Notes under the pieces: generated by a model
The model's database searches: none
What the model was told of the DNA's origin: nothing
What the model saw: the letters and a program-made list of their open reading frames with translations, nothing else
NCBI GenBank assembly: GCA_965223155.1
Contig: CBDCVR010000015.1
Location: 672,001-736,000 of the forward strand
DNA from: Candidatus Multivoradales bacterium
GTDB lineage: Bacteria > Acidobacteriota > Thermoanaerobaculia > Multivoradales > JAHEKO01
DNA length: 64,000 nt
Reading direction: 5' to 3'
Shown here: positions 42,122 through 51,990 of the stretch, one piece after another
Position numbering within the stretch: the stretch's first letter is position 1
How the letters are laid out: the number at the start of each line of letters is the position of its first letter
Made by a program: the position numbers and the translations under genes

Positions 42122-42718
42122 ATGAACGAAGCAACCCCCCAATCGTCGCTAGGGCCCACCGAGGAGCTAACGAACGACCATCGGGTGATCCAACGGGTCC
42201 TCAACGTCCTCGAGATCCTGGTAACCCGAGCCCGCAGTGGCGGCGGTTTCGAGGCCGACGCCTTTGGCAGCGCCGTCGAGTTTTTCCGACTCTTCGCCGA
42301 TGCCTGTCATCACGCCAAGGAGGAGGACCTGCTCTTTCCCGTTCTCGAGAAACGAGGCGTGCCCAGAGAAGGCGGCCCGATCGGCGTCATGCTCGACGAG
42401 CACCGGATGGCTCGCGAGCACACCGCCCGGATGCACCATGCGCTGGTCGACCGGGCAACAGGTGGCGACCAGGCCGCTACCGCGGAAGAGCGCCTCTTGA
42501 GCGCCGCCGAGGACTACCTACAGCTACTTCGAGCGCACATCTTCAAAGAAGACAACGTTCTCTTCCGCATGGGCGACCAGGTCCTGACCGAGAGCGATCG
42601 CGAGAGCCTGACAGGGCAATTCTGTGACGTGCGCTGTCGCGCTTTCGACGGCAAGACCCGCGAGCAACTCGAATCGATCGCCACCGACCTCGAAGCCACC
42701 TGGAGTCCAAGCGAGTAG
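42122..42718 (+). CDS. Hemerythrin (HHE) domain protein
   Basis: DH, CHHAKEE, MLDEH, HIFKED motifs. Confidence 0.88.
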   Translation: MNEATPQSSLGPTEELTNDHRVIQRVLNVLEILVTRARSGGGFEADAFGSAVEFFRLFADACHHAKEEDLLFPVLEKRGVPREGGPIGVMLDEHRMAREHTARMHHALVDRATGGDQAATAEERLLSAAEDYLQLLRAHIFKEDNVLFRMGDQVLTESDRESLTGQFCDVRCRAFDGKTREQLESIATDLEATWSPSE

Positions 42719-42849
42719 GCCCGTTCCGAGAACACCGAGGACACCCCCTGGCGCCCAGTGATGGTGCCAGGAGACCTAGCCTCCTGCGAGTAGAAGGCTC
42801 TACCGATGCCGCTCGAACGGGCAGATGAGTCTTCTGGTACCCGTGGCCG

Positions 42850-43258
42850 TCACCGTGGGGCACGCCGGTGGATGAAGCCGAAGAGTAATCCGACAAGGGT
42901 GAATTGCAGCGCCACGTAGAGGGTCTCGACGACGATCCAAGTCGAAAGCGGCTCGATCGGGTGCTTCGCGGCAGCCGCCAGCACTTGGAGGCTCCAGAGA
43001 AAGATGCCGGCGAAAAGCCCGAAGCGCAGACCATCGCGCAACCAGCTCTCGCCGTCCTGGAACCGCGGATAGAACCAGCCAAAAAGGAGACCCTGCACGA
43101 GAATGGTGACGAATCCGAGCGCCACGATCGGCTCCTCGCGGCCAAAGCCGCCCAGACGATGGTAGAGATCGGGCAGCCAGAACGAGATGCCAGACGTACG
43201 CCAGAGGGAACGTCACCAGGGCATAGGCGAGAGCCGACAGGAGGGTCTTCCGCGTCAT
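42850..43258 (-). pseudogene. Small membrane protein split by a frameshift near 43180
   Basis: MTRKTLLSALAYALVTFPLAYVWHLV continues in another frame as LPDLYHRLGGFGREEPIVALGF; may be an assembly error. Confidence 0.6.
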
Positions 43259-43369
43259 CCGATTCCTCACTTGCAATCCGCAAGTGCCACTGTAGAACAG
43301 CGCGCCGGAGGAGGGAAAGCAACCCGTCCCCTCTCTCTACCGATCTCCAGCCTGAGACCGAGACGTTGC

Positions 43370-43633
43370 TCAGTTCTTCGCCATGAAGATCCCGGCCAGC
43401 CCTCCGATTCCGGCGCCGAGGGCGCCCTAGAGAGCGTCGGCGACCGGCCGCGCGAACGCGGGAAGTAGCACGGCACCGAGCGCCAACAGGAGAGTCACGA
43501 CACCCAGAAAGACGACCGCCCAGTTGTAGGTCTCGGAGGGCAGGTGCTCCGCCAGACCCTCGCTGACGGTCTCCTGAAGAGCCTCCGGAATGTCGAGCTT
43601 TCTCGCGACCACGCGCGCTTTCTGAATCTGCAT
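43370..43633 (-). pseudogene. Small two-TM protein with in-frame TAG at 43427-43429
   Basis: ..PVADAL*GALGAGIGGLAGIFMAKN completes a second hydrophobic helix after the TAG. Confidence 0.5.
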
Positions 43634-43741
43634 CCCTAGCCTCCTCTTGGCTGTCTGAAGCTAGAGACGGACGCGACCGAGATCTTTCTCAGGCGCGCCA
43701 GGGCCGGCAGGTCGCGGTGTCGTCGCAGTGGGTGTCGTCGC

Positions 43742-43782
43742 GGTGACAGGATACCTATTCCCCCGCTATGGAAGACGGCCCT
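43742..43782. repeat. Partial copy 3 of REP/MITE-like element (left end)
   Basis: GGTGACAGGATACCTAT identical to 30794-30810, followed by GACGGCCCT as in copy 2. Confidence 0.7.
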
Positions 43783-43785
43783 CTT

Positions 43786-43824
43786 TCGGGTGATTCTTGA
43801 TCGCCACTGTGCCATGAGTGTGCC
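43786..43824. repeat. 39-bp direct repeat copy A (arm-site-like, TGTGCC twice)
   Basis: TCGGGTGATTCTTGATCGCCACTGTGCCATGAGTGTGCC; one mismatch to 51572-51610. Confidence 0.85.
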
Positions 43825-43851
43825 GCAGAGAAACCTCTGAAAAGGAGCGAG

Positions 43852-44202
43852 TCAGGGTTTGTCAGCTTCCTCCAGGAGTGACTCGACAGTTCTCAGAAGA
43901 GTGGGCAGATCGTCCTGAATCAGGTGCCAGACGATTTCGTGATCGATCGTGTCGTAGCCGTGCGCGAGGATATTCCGGAACGCGACAATCCGTGGCGTGT
44001 CGCCGATCCTGCCTGCAGTCTCTTCGTCGGTACTCCGCAACCGGCGAAGCGCTTCGCCGATAATCTCGAAGTTTCGCTCCACGCCCTGCCGAAGCAGCCG
44101 ATCCTCCAGGTATTCGGCTAGCTCCTTCCGACTCGTAACCTCGAGGACGAACGCCGCTGCGTCCCGGATGTCTTCGAGATGCTTCGGTGAGTCAGGCCGC
44201 AT
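43852..44202 (-). CDS. HEPN toxin (DUF86/HepT)
   Basis: VERNFEIIGEA, RNILAHGY (RX4HXY). Confidence 0.92.
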   Translation of the reverse strand: MRPDSPKHLEDIRDAAAFVLEVTSRKELAEYLEDRLLRQGVERNFEIIGEALRRLRSTDEETAGRIGDTPRIVAFRNILAHGYDTIDHEIVWHLIQDDLPTLLRTVESLLEEADKP

Positions 44203-44500
44203 ACAGCAACTGACGAGTCGCCTCGACCGAGCGAATGAAATACGGATTCCGCAAAGACTTTCGCGTCACCAAGTCGATCTCTCGTTCGAAGAGTTCTTCG
44301 AGGCCACTCAACAGGCCGAAGTACTGATCTGCAAGAGTCATTGCTTCGGAATCACGGAACTCAACGAGGAAATCCAGGTCGCTCGTTTCCGCATCGAAAC
44401 GATCGCCCGTTGCCGAGCCAAAAAGATCCAGGCGCTCAACATTCAGCCGGCGGCAGAGATCCGCCATGGCCTCTCGGTTTGCTTCGATAGCAGGTGGCAT
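44192..44500 (-). CDS. Minimal nucleotidyltransferase antitoxin (MntA-like)
   Basis: FGS-X10-DLD, IDLVT; overlaps HEPN gene. Confidence 0.92.
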   Translation of the reverse strand: MPPAIEANREAMADLCRRLNVERLDLFGSATGDRFDAETSDLDFLVEFRDSEAMTLADQYFGLLSGLEELFEREIDLVTRKSLRNPYFIRSVEATRQLLYAA

Positions 44501-44559
44501 GGTTCCGGGCTCCCTTCAAATCCATTCTATCTTCCGGGCAGAGGCAGGCTCTCGTCGCG

Positions 44560-44914
44560 CGCGGATTCCACCGTCGCTATTGCCTTCGTCGATCCTCGCC
44601 CTTTCCCGTCCGCTCCAGGCGACATCGCCCGGACTTGGTACACGTACCGACCGCTCGAAAAGCAGTTCGTGTGGGTTGCTGTCGATCGGCAGGGGCACTT
44701 TGACCACTTGCAGGGCGGTTTCCACGACGGCCGACTGGTGCTCACCGAGATCCGTCCTCAACCTTGGCGCGATGGCGGCACAATGATGTACCGGCGCACC
44801 TACCAGAACATCCAGGACGATTCCCATGAGGTCCTGATGGAGTACTCACGAGACGAGGGGACGACCTGGATCTTGTTCAGTCGCCAGCTCGAACGGCGCG
44901 TGGAGGACAAGTAG
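44560..44914 (+). pseudogene. 5'-truncated DUF1579-like beta-barrel gene remnant
   Basis: YRRTYQNI..MEYSRDEGTTW C-terminal motif shared with the array proteins; no start or signal peptide seen. Confidence 0.55.
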
Positions 44915-44917
44915 GAA

Positions 44918-46417
44918 CTACGTGTCCTGCGAAGACACGGGATCTGCGTCCAGATCCCTGGTAACGGCGTCGAGCCCAGCCTCGCGTAGGAGCTCCCGAT
45001 AGCGGGGCTCGCCAAGGAGCCTCGAAGCGTTGGCGTTCCGAGGGATGAAGATAAGCAGGGGACGACGCTCTCGAGCCGCCAGCTCGAGCCAGGCCAGCGC
45101 GCGGTTTTTGTCCCCGAGGACGAGGTAGTACGTCGCGATTTCGACCTCGGGTGGTTCAGGCTGTCCGAGGAGTCGTTCGAGCTTCCAGGACACATAGGCT
45201 CGATAGGGATCCGCCGCGGCCGAGATCTTCTCGATCTCGGACTCCGAGCCTCCAGAGACCACCACCAGCTCCACCGCATGGATTCGAGCGGCGTCGTGGT
45301 CGCCGCTCGAGCTGTACGCCGTGACCAGGCAATCGCGAGCGTAGCGGTTCTCGGGATCGAGGCGTAGCGCCATCTCGCATTCCCGAGCTGCCTCTCGAAA
45401 CCGGCCCGCTCTCAACAGGAAATGGCCCGCGTCGCTGCGAAGGGCCATTGAATCGGGCTCGAGATCGACGGCCCGACGAACGGCCTCGATCGCCCGGTCG
45501 TGGCGACCGACGGCGGACTCGTACGCCGCCTGCGCAAGATGAGTCACCGGGTCTTCGGGGTCTAGCTCAAGGGCGCGCACCAACCTCTCGCCGGCTACGT
45601 GAACATCCCAGTCGAAAGTCAGGGCGACCATTGCCAGGACGCGATGCGCGACCGCCGAGCCCGAGTCGAGCTCGAGAGCTCGCTCCGCGGCTTGGCGAGC
45701 TTCCTCGACGTCTAGAGTCACCGCCGAGCGCACCGCCAGGCGGGCACTTGCCTCGGCCAGGTAGGCATGCGCGGGCGCGAACTCCGGGACCTCGATGGCC
45801 AGCGCGCGGAGGAGTTGCCGCGCCCGCGCGAGGTCGCCGCCCATCGTCGCCATGAGCGAGCGCGCCTCGACGTAGCTGGCCCTCGCCTCAGGGCTCTGGG
45901 GCATCGGCTCGAGATCCACAGTGGGTGGTCCGCCCGGCCAGCCTCCCATCCAAAGCCATCCGATCACTCCGAGAAACACCGCCAGGGTAACCCCAAGTGC
46001 GAGCGTCGGCATGGGTCGCGTAGCAGGCTGCCCGCCTCCTTCGCCCGACGGCAGGACGAGGCGTGGAGGCCCGTCCGTTGATCGAACGAGGGACTCCTCC
46101 ACCCTGAGCCGGTAGCCCAGACGGGGCACCGTCTGCAGAAGTGCATGATCGCTATCGGCCACTTCGCGGAGTGCCACGCGGAGCTTTCGAACCGCCGTGT
46201 TCAGCCCCGCCTCGCGGTCCACGTGAATCTCGGTGGGCCAAAGGGAATCGTAGAGCTCCGCTCGGGTGACCACCTGCCCCGGCCGTTCGAGAAACGTCAG
46301 CAACAGCCGGAATGGCTTCTCTTGCAGCGAGACCTCCCGGCCCTCGTACGACAACTCGCGTGTCTCCAGGTCGATCGTGTATTCATCGAACTTGATGGCT
46401 CGTGAACGCGGCATCAT
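44918..46417 (-). CDS. CadC/OmpR-type winged-helix regulator with TM segment and TPR domain
   Basis: PGQVVTRAEL..LNTAVRKLR..TVPRLGYR; one TM; TPR repeats. Confidence 0.9.
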   Translation of the reverse strand: MMPRSRAIKFDEYTIDLETRELSYEGREVSLQEKPFRLLLTFLERPGQVVTRAELYDSLWPTEIHVDREAGLNTAVRKLRVALREVADSDHALLQTVPRLGYRLRVEESLVRSTDGPPRLVLPSGEGGGQPATRPMPTLALGVTLAVFLGVIGWLWMGGWPGGPPTVDLEPMPQSPEARASYVEARSLMATMGGDLARARQLLRALAIEVPEFAPAHAYLAEASARLAVRSAVTLDVEEARQAAERALELDSGSAVAHRVLAMVALTFDWDVHVAGERLVRALELDPEDPVTHLAQAAYESAVGRHDRAIEAVRRAVDLEPDSMALRSDAGHFLLRAGRFREAARECEMALRLDPENRYARDCLVTAYSSSGDHDAARIHAVELVVVSGGSESEIEKISAAADPYRAYVSWKLERLLGQPEPPEVEIATYYLVLGDKNRALAWLELAARERRPLLIFIPRNANASRLLGEPRYRELLREAGLDAVTRDLDADPVSSQDT

Positions 46418-46598
46418 GCGGAGATACTACCGTTCGTTCCAAAGCGTCCCGCCTCCGGGCGCGCAGCGAGCAACCGCCGGTTTAGAAACGGTTCAGCGGA
46501 AAAGCCTGGACAGCGCGGGTCTCGAGTGCTTTATTCAGCTGCAGCTCGCCGAATCCGGCGTGCGAGCTCAGGTACGTTCAAGAAGGCGGGATGTTCCC

Positions 46599-47741
46599 AT
46601 GAGGCAAGAGCCAGTCAACCGCGGAAGGAATCCGAACGACCTGTCGGAGGCGTCGCGGGCCGCCCTGATCAAGCACGCTCTGATCGCGTTGATGGTGCTG
46701 GCGGTCGCCACTTCAACGCTCGCCCAGCCGCCGAAAGTCGAGCCCTCTCCGGAGCTCCAGCGGCTGCACTTCCAACTCGGTAGCTGGTTGACGACGACCC
46801 GAACTCTCGACAGGAACGGCGAAGAAGTCTCAACACGACGGGGCCGCGCCGAGATCCGGCTCGAACACGGTGGGCTCATGATCCACATCCTAGTCTACCC
46901 GCAGGAGGGGGACGAGCCTGTCTGGAGGATCTGGCACTTCCACGATCGCTACGACGGCAAACTCCACGATGTCAGTTTCGACGCTGTAGGCCACTTCGAA
47001 CATCGCGAAGAGACGAACGGGGACGGGAAGCTCGCGTTCGCCTTCCCCGAGCCCAGGGCGTTTCAGGATGGCGTGCCGCGCAACTGGCGAAAGACCTACT
47101 CGGGGATCACGGCCGACTCGTTCCAGCTTCTATGGGACTACACGGAGGATGGTGAGACCTGGATCCCTATCTACGAAACGACCTATCGCCGCGAGGCAAG
47201 CGTCGAATCGAATCCAGGCGGCTCGTCGGAAGCTGCCCACACCGGCGAGCGTGGTCTGGGTTCGCTCGAGCCCTGGGTCGGCGTCTGGGTGTCTCGCCTC
47301 GACCCGAAGTACCGAGACCATCCCATGATCCAGCGCTTCAATCCGGAGCTCAAGAGCCAGGAGTTACGTCTGAGCCGGGGAATTACCGGAGACACGCTCG
47401 ATCTCGAGATCTGGCACCTCGATCGGCCGACAGATGGAGCTCGCATCCCTGCGACAGAAGGAATGGCCGTTCGGGATCCGGCGGACGGTTCGATGGCTCT
47501 GATCGAGTACGGTGCCGAGCAGAGGATCTTTCACCAGGGTCATTACGAGGTTCAACCGAACGGCGACCTGCACCGCACCTACGAGGCGTTCTTTCCGGAC
47601 GGCAGCTCGCGGCGCTTTCGCGAGCTCTGGCGCTGGAAAGACGCGCAGCGAAAGGAGTTCGAGTGGATCACCCAATGGCTCGAAGGCGACGACTGGATCT
47701 CGGGCGACGTCATTGTCGACTGGGTGCGACAGGAGCCGTGA
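46599..47741 (+). CDS. Secreted two-domain DUF1579-like beta-barrel protein
   Basis: Signal peptide; LHFQLGSW..YTEDGETW..TYRR then LEPWVGVW second domain. Confidence 0.7.
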   Translation: MRQEPVNRGRNPNDLSEASRAALIKHALIALMVLAVATSTLAQPPKVEPSPELQRLHFQLGSWLTTTRTLDRNGEEVSTRRGRAEIRLEHGGLMIHILVYPQEGDEPVWRIWHFHDRYDGKLHDVSFDAVGHFEHREETNGDGKLAFAFPEPRAFQDGVPRNWRKTYSGITADSFQLLWDYTEDGETWIPIYETTYRREASVESNPGGSSEAAHTGERGLGSLEPWVGVWVSRLDPKYRDHPMIQRFNPELKSQELRLSRGITGDTLDLEIWHLDRPTDGARIPATEGMAVRDPADGSMALIEYGAEQRIFHQGHYEVQPNGDLHRTYEAFFPDGSSRRFRELWRWKDAQRKEFEWITQWLEGDDWISGDVIVDWVRQEP

Positions 47742-48295
47742 GACCGCTGGCTTGTTGGCTGGCGGTGGGACTACTCCTCTCGGCCGCTCTCGGAGCCGAG
47801 GGTTCCCCCGAAAGCGGTCCACCGGCCTGGGCGCTCGAAGAGATCGAGAGCACGGAAGGACGATGGGTCGCCGATAACAGTCGTTACAAGAGCGCCGACG
47901 AGCCGTACGATGCATACGGGCTCGAATGGCGCTCGGCGGCCGGAAATCGGAGCCTACGCGGGCGGCTCTTCGCCATCCGGGGCACCGAGGAGGTGGGGAC
48001 CCTCTGGGAGTACCGCCTTTTCTGGCACCCAGAGCGGCGATCGCTCTGGCTCTTCCAGTTCGGTACGGACGGTGCGTTCGGCGAAGGTGCGTTGGAGCGC
48101 ACCGGGCCGGGGTCTACAGAGCTCGTTCAGACCTTCCACTCCCCCAGCGGCTCGACGTGGCGATCGGGGCATCGGGAGGCGAAAGAGGCCGGGCGCCGCA
48201 CGACGGAGTCGTTTGCCATCGACGCCGAAGGCAACTGGAAGCCGCAGCGCGTCTATACCTGGCTGAAGCAAGACGAGGAGGGCACGGATGAGTAG
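47738..48295 (+). CDS. Secreted beta-barrel protein, DUF1579/lipocalin-like
   Basis: Signal peptide, GRW near N-terminus, GTGA overlap. Confidence 0.65.
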   Translation: MRPLACWLAVGLLLSAALGAEGSPESGPPAWALEEIESTEGRWVADNSRYKSADEPYDAYGLEWRSAAGNRSLRGRLFAIRGTEEVGTLWEYRLFWHPERRSLWLFQFGTDGAFGEGALERTGPGSTELVQTFHSPSGSTWRSGHREAKEAGRRTTESFAIDAEGNWKPQRVYTWLKQDEEGTDE

Positions 48296-48851
48296 GCCTC
48301 ACGTGTTGCTCGCACTTGGCGCGGTCCTGCTGACCTGGCCCGCTTCCCTGAGTGCACAGTTCATGCGCAAGCCCACCGCAGAGGATCGCCGACTGGCATT
48401 CCTCGCAGGTGACTGGGTGGTCGAATCCACCATGTACATTCGCGGTGAGAGTCACCGACGAACAACCAGCGCCAAGTGCTACTGGGTCGTCGAGGCGCTC
48501 TGGCTGCAGTGCGACAGTGCGGGCAACTTTCCGGACGGACGGCGTATTCAGACCAGCGAGTGGCTCACCTGGGACCAGACCAAGGGTCACTACAGGAGTT
48601 ATCACATCGATCCCCAACTCACAGAGGCAATTAGAAGTATCGGCCGATGGACAGAAGACGGCACCCTGGAATTCGAGGCCAACTTCGTCTGGCGCGACGG
48701 CAACACCTACTACACGCGGGAGACGATCCGAAGGCGGGAGGACGGCTCCGTCGAGCGGACGAACTACATGTCGACGGATCCCGATCCGGAACGCTTCAAG
48801 CTCAACGGCAAATCGATCTTCCGCCGCACTCAAGCAAAGACCGATCCATGA
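48288..48851 (+). CDS. Secreted DUF1579-like protein
   Basis: Signal peptide; LAFLAGDW, TWDQTKGHY, GRW. Confidence 0.7.
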   Translation: MSRPHVLLALGAVLLTWPASLSAQFMRKPTAEDRRLAFLAGDWVVESTMYIRGESHRRTTSAKCYWVVEALWLQCDSAGNFPDGRRIQTSEWLTWDQTKGHYRSYHIDPQLTEAIRSIGRWTEDGTLEFEANFVWRDGNTYYTRETIRRREDGSVERTNYMSTDPDPERFKLNGKSIFRRTQAKTDP

Positions 48852-48888
48852 TCTCTGGTCGAGTGGCCAAACGGCGAGAAGACGTCCA

Positions 48889-49986
48889 ATGAGTAGGAGG
48901 ATCCCGGAGCTTTCGCTGGCGCTCATCTTCCTGGCGTCGCTCCCGGCGTTCACTTCGGGGGCGCGGGCGCAGCTCGCGCTGATGGAGCGAACCGCGGGCC
49001 ATGAACGCCTCGATTTCCTCCTCGGTAAGTGGTCCCACGAAGAGACCCAGACCATCCTGGGCGAAGGTACGACCGTGAGCTCGACGACGCGCTACGAGTG
49101 GCTTCCTGGTGGTGTGTGGCTCCGCGGCGAGGCGACGATCTGGGGACTTCCCGGGATCGACGTCCATCACGGCTGGGTCCAGGTGACCTACGACCCGGCG
49201 GCGGACGAGTACGTTCAGCTCTGGTCCGACAATCAGAGCTCGATCCTCTTCGTCAAGCGCGGCAGCTGGACCGACGAGACGACTCTCGCCCTCGAGGGAG
49301 CGCACGAATGGGGCGGCCAGACCGTCCACTCGAAGAACGTGTATCGCGTCCTCTCCGAGAACGAGTTCTCCCGCGAGTACCTCGTCTCCAATGACGGAGG
49401 CGTGACCTACGTCCGTCGGTCCCTCGCGCGCTTCACCCGCCATCGCTCGGACGAGCCGACCCAGAAAGCCCTTGACGCGGTGGGGTGGCTGATCGGAGAT
49501 TGGGAGGCACAGTTTCGACCACGCGGCGAGGATCAGCCGGCGCCCACGATGTCCTTCGAGTGGAGGGACGAGCGCCGATCCTACCTGCGGATGACTGGGA
49601 CTCGACCCACCTCGGATGGCCGGCTCGTGCCCGAGTACGAGACCTTCGCCGTCTGGCACCCGGTGCGGATGAAGTTCGTGTTTGTCGGCGCCTATCTTTC
49701 CGGGAAAGGCCGGGTCATCGAGGACGGCGACATCGATCTCCTCGACGACGGCAGCATCCGGCTGAACATGCGCGTCCACTATCCCGCAGCCGCGACCCTG
49801 CCATTCAGCGATGGCGCAGTGGCCGGCCCCGAGGGTCATACCCTCGAGTTTCGCCGGACGTTCCACCGCGACGGAGCAGAGGGCCTGCGCGGAGTGTTCC
49901 GGATCAAGCGCGGCGGCAACTGGGAGAACCCACACCCGGAGCTCGGGATGGGCGATGGCTATCCGTGGCGCCGGATCGACGGCTGA
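48889..49986 (+). CDS. Secreted two-domain DUF1579-like protein
   Basis: Signal peptide; LDFLLGKW, WLPGG, YDP..Y..WSDN, SNDGGVTY; second domain WLIGDW. Confidence 0.75.
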   Translation: MSRRIPELSLALIFLASLPAFTSGARAQLALMERTAGHERLDFLLGKWSHEETQTILGEGTTVSSTTRYEWLPGGVWLRGEATIWGLPGIDVHHGWVQVTYDPAADEYVQLWSDNQSSILFVKRGSWTDETTLALEGAHEWGGQTVHSKNVYRVLSENEFSREYLVSNDGGVTYVRRSLARFTRHRSDEPTQKALDAVGWLIGDWEAQFRPRGEDQPAPTMSFEWRDERRSYLRMTGTRPTSDGRLVPEYETFAVWHPVRMKFVFVGAYLSGKGRVIEDGDIDLLDDGSIRLNMRVHYPAAATLPFSDGAVAGPEGHTLEFRRTFHRDGAEGLRGVFRIKRGGNWENPHPELGMGDGYPWRRIDG

Positions 49987-50013
49987 TTCGGACGATGAGC
50001 TTGGAGGAGAACG

Positions 50014-51108
50014 ATGGGATCAGCGGCGCAACTGGCAGCGGCCCTCCAGGGGGTGGTGCTGCTCTTGGGTGCGACTACGGCCAGCCTTGCTCAACCGAGG
50101 TCGATGGAGCGAGGAGAAGCGCATGCAAAGCTCGACGTCTTCTTGGGCACCTGGGTTGCGGAAGGCGTCGTCCATACGCCGGAGGGAGACGTCGCGAGCA
50201 GTGGAACCTCGGTGTACACCTGGACGCTCGGAGACGTCTGGCTGCGGGAAGAGCTCGTCGGCCAGGTACCCACGCTCGGGACGATCCACGGCGCGACGTT
50301 GATGGCTTTCGACGAGGCGAACGGAGACTACTGCGGCGCCTGGCTGGACAACCTGACCCCTCGGACCTATCCGTTCCGAGCCCGCTGGACCTCCGAGAAC
50401 GAGCTGGTGTTCGTGTCGGACTTCGATCAACCGTTCAGGATGGAGATCCACTACACGTTCAAAGACCAAAACACCATCGACGTCGTGCAGTTTCGGCAGG
50501 TTGGCGACGCATCGCGCCAACAGGCCAGCCGCCTGACGATGCGGCGGGACACAGATCGAGGGTCGTTGACAGGTCGACCCTTGGCCGTGACCTCCGAAAA
50601 GACGGATTCCGCTTCAATCGAGCGGAGCGAGCATCCCCTACGGGTCTTCGACTTCTATGTTGGACGACTTGTCTCGGCTGAACCGACGACGGCGGTTCCC
50701 TAGCAGAGTCACGTCGTCCTCTCGCCAGTTGTCGGAGGGCAGGCTCTGGGCTTCGCCGGTCGCTGGAACCGGGAGGATCAGCCGTCCGAGTTCGTCAACG
50801 GCCTGATCGCTTGGGACCCTGCACAGCACAAGATCCGGATTTCGGGCCTCTTCTACCACGGCGCCTATTTCGACGGCGAGGTCAAGGTCCTGGACGGAGA
50901 GCGAGCGGTCCTCCAGCGAGATTGGGTTGGGCACTATCCGGACGGACGCGCGATTCGATACCGGGAGACCTGGACTCCGCTGTCGGACCACACCTTCCGT
51001 TGGCACATCGAATCGTTTCAGGATGGAGCGTGGGAATCACACCTCCCGCCTGGCCGCGAAGAGCCGGCGGTCCACCGGGTCGTGCGCGACCCGGAGGAGT
51101 TGCTCTGA
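50014..51108 (+). pseudogene. Secreted two-domain DUF1579-like protein with in-frame TAG at 50701-50703
   Basis: LDVFLGTW domain 1; domain 2 FDFYVGR..VP*QSH..IAWDP..YPDG..RYRETW..DGAW runs open to TGA 51108. Confidence 0.75.
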
Positions 51109-51406
51109 CCTGCTTTGCAGTCTCACCAACTCGGACGTCACGCTGAGCCGACTGACTCGGGCCAGGCGCGCCCGACCCCGCAGCGCCGCTGGGTTGTCCG
51201 TGCTCGGACCTGTCACACGCGCGCGCTGGTGTCACCCTCGAAGGTCGGTCACTCAAGCTCACAAACGGGCTCTCGGGCCCGGCAACGTCTGGCGTCGCCC
51301 TTCTCGGACTTGAGCGGCGTGGATGCATCGGTCTAGGAAACTGATGCGCAGGTTGAAGGTACTCGCCCAGAGGTGCTCAGCAACGACTGTCTCAACTGTA
51401 TTGAAA

Positions 51407-51473
51407 TCAGATAGTTGGCGGAGGGGGCGGGATTCGAACCCGCGGTCGGCGTGAACCGACGCCGGTTTTCAAG
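51407..51473 (-). repeat. att-like 67-bp duplication of the tRNA-Ser(TGA) 3' half
   Basis: Identical to 53835-53901, from the anticodon loop through CCA plus 9 nt. Confidence 0.92.
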
Positions 51474-51571
51474 TCAGTCTGAAACCAACTGCCGGCAACA
51501 CTCGGCAACGGAAGTCAGCAATGCTGACGGGGGTTTTCGAGGAGCGCTCCTGTTGGGGAACGTTGGCGAAA

Positions 51572-51610
51572 TCGGGTGATTCTTGATCGCTACTGTGCCA
51601 TGAGTGTGCC
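51572..51610. repeat. 39-bp direct repeat copy B
   Basis: Matches 43786-43824; ~100 bp inside the att copy. Confidence 0.85.
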
Positions 51611-51666
51611 AGGCCTGAACGGCAAATCCCTCGAGCAACCGCCGTCGCCACCCGTGTCGAAAGAAG

Positions 51667-51990
51667 CTAAGAACCAACCTGAAGCGGAACTCCAGGAACC
51701 ACAGCTCGGATCGCAGAATGCAACTCGCTGACGAGTGGGCGTAGATCCTCTATGCGGTTGCTGATAGCTCTGACCACCACTACGCCCACGTCCAACCTTT
51801 GAAAATTCTGCTGGAACTCGATGCCTTGGTCGGCGGTGACAAAGACCGTGAACCCTTCGGCGGCGGCCCGACGGAGGAGCTCTCCATTGCGCAAGCCGCT
51901 CCACCCCAGCGACTGAACCGTCGCCACCTCGTACTCACGGAGCTCGTCAGCAAGCTGCCGGGGCAAAGACTCGTCTAGGAGGACTCGCAA
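51667..51990 (-). CDS. DUF5615 PIN-like toxin
   Basis: LLDESLP, GWSGLRNGELL, FVTADQGIEFQQN. Confidence 0.88.
   Translation of the reverse strand: MRVLLDESLPRQLADELREYEVATVQSLGWSGLRNGELLRRAAAEGFTVFVTADQGIEFQQNFQRLDVGVVVVRAISNRIEDLRPLVSELHSAIRAVVPGVPLQVGS

Noticed and set aside
51407-51473. Second tRNA-Ser(TGA) gene
   Set aside because: Lacks the 5' acceptor strand and D arm; it is an att remnant
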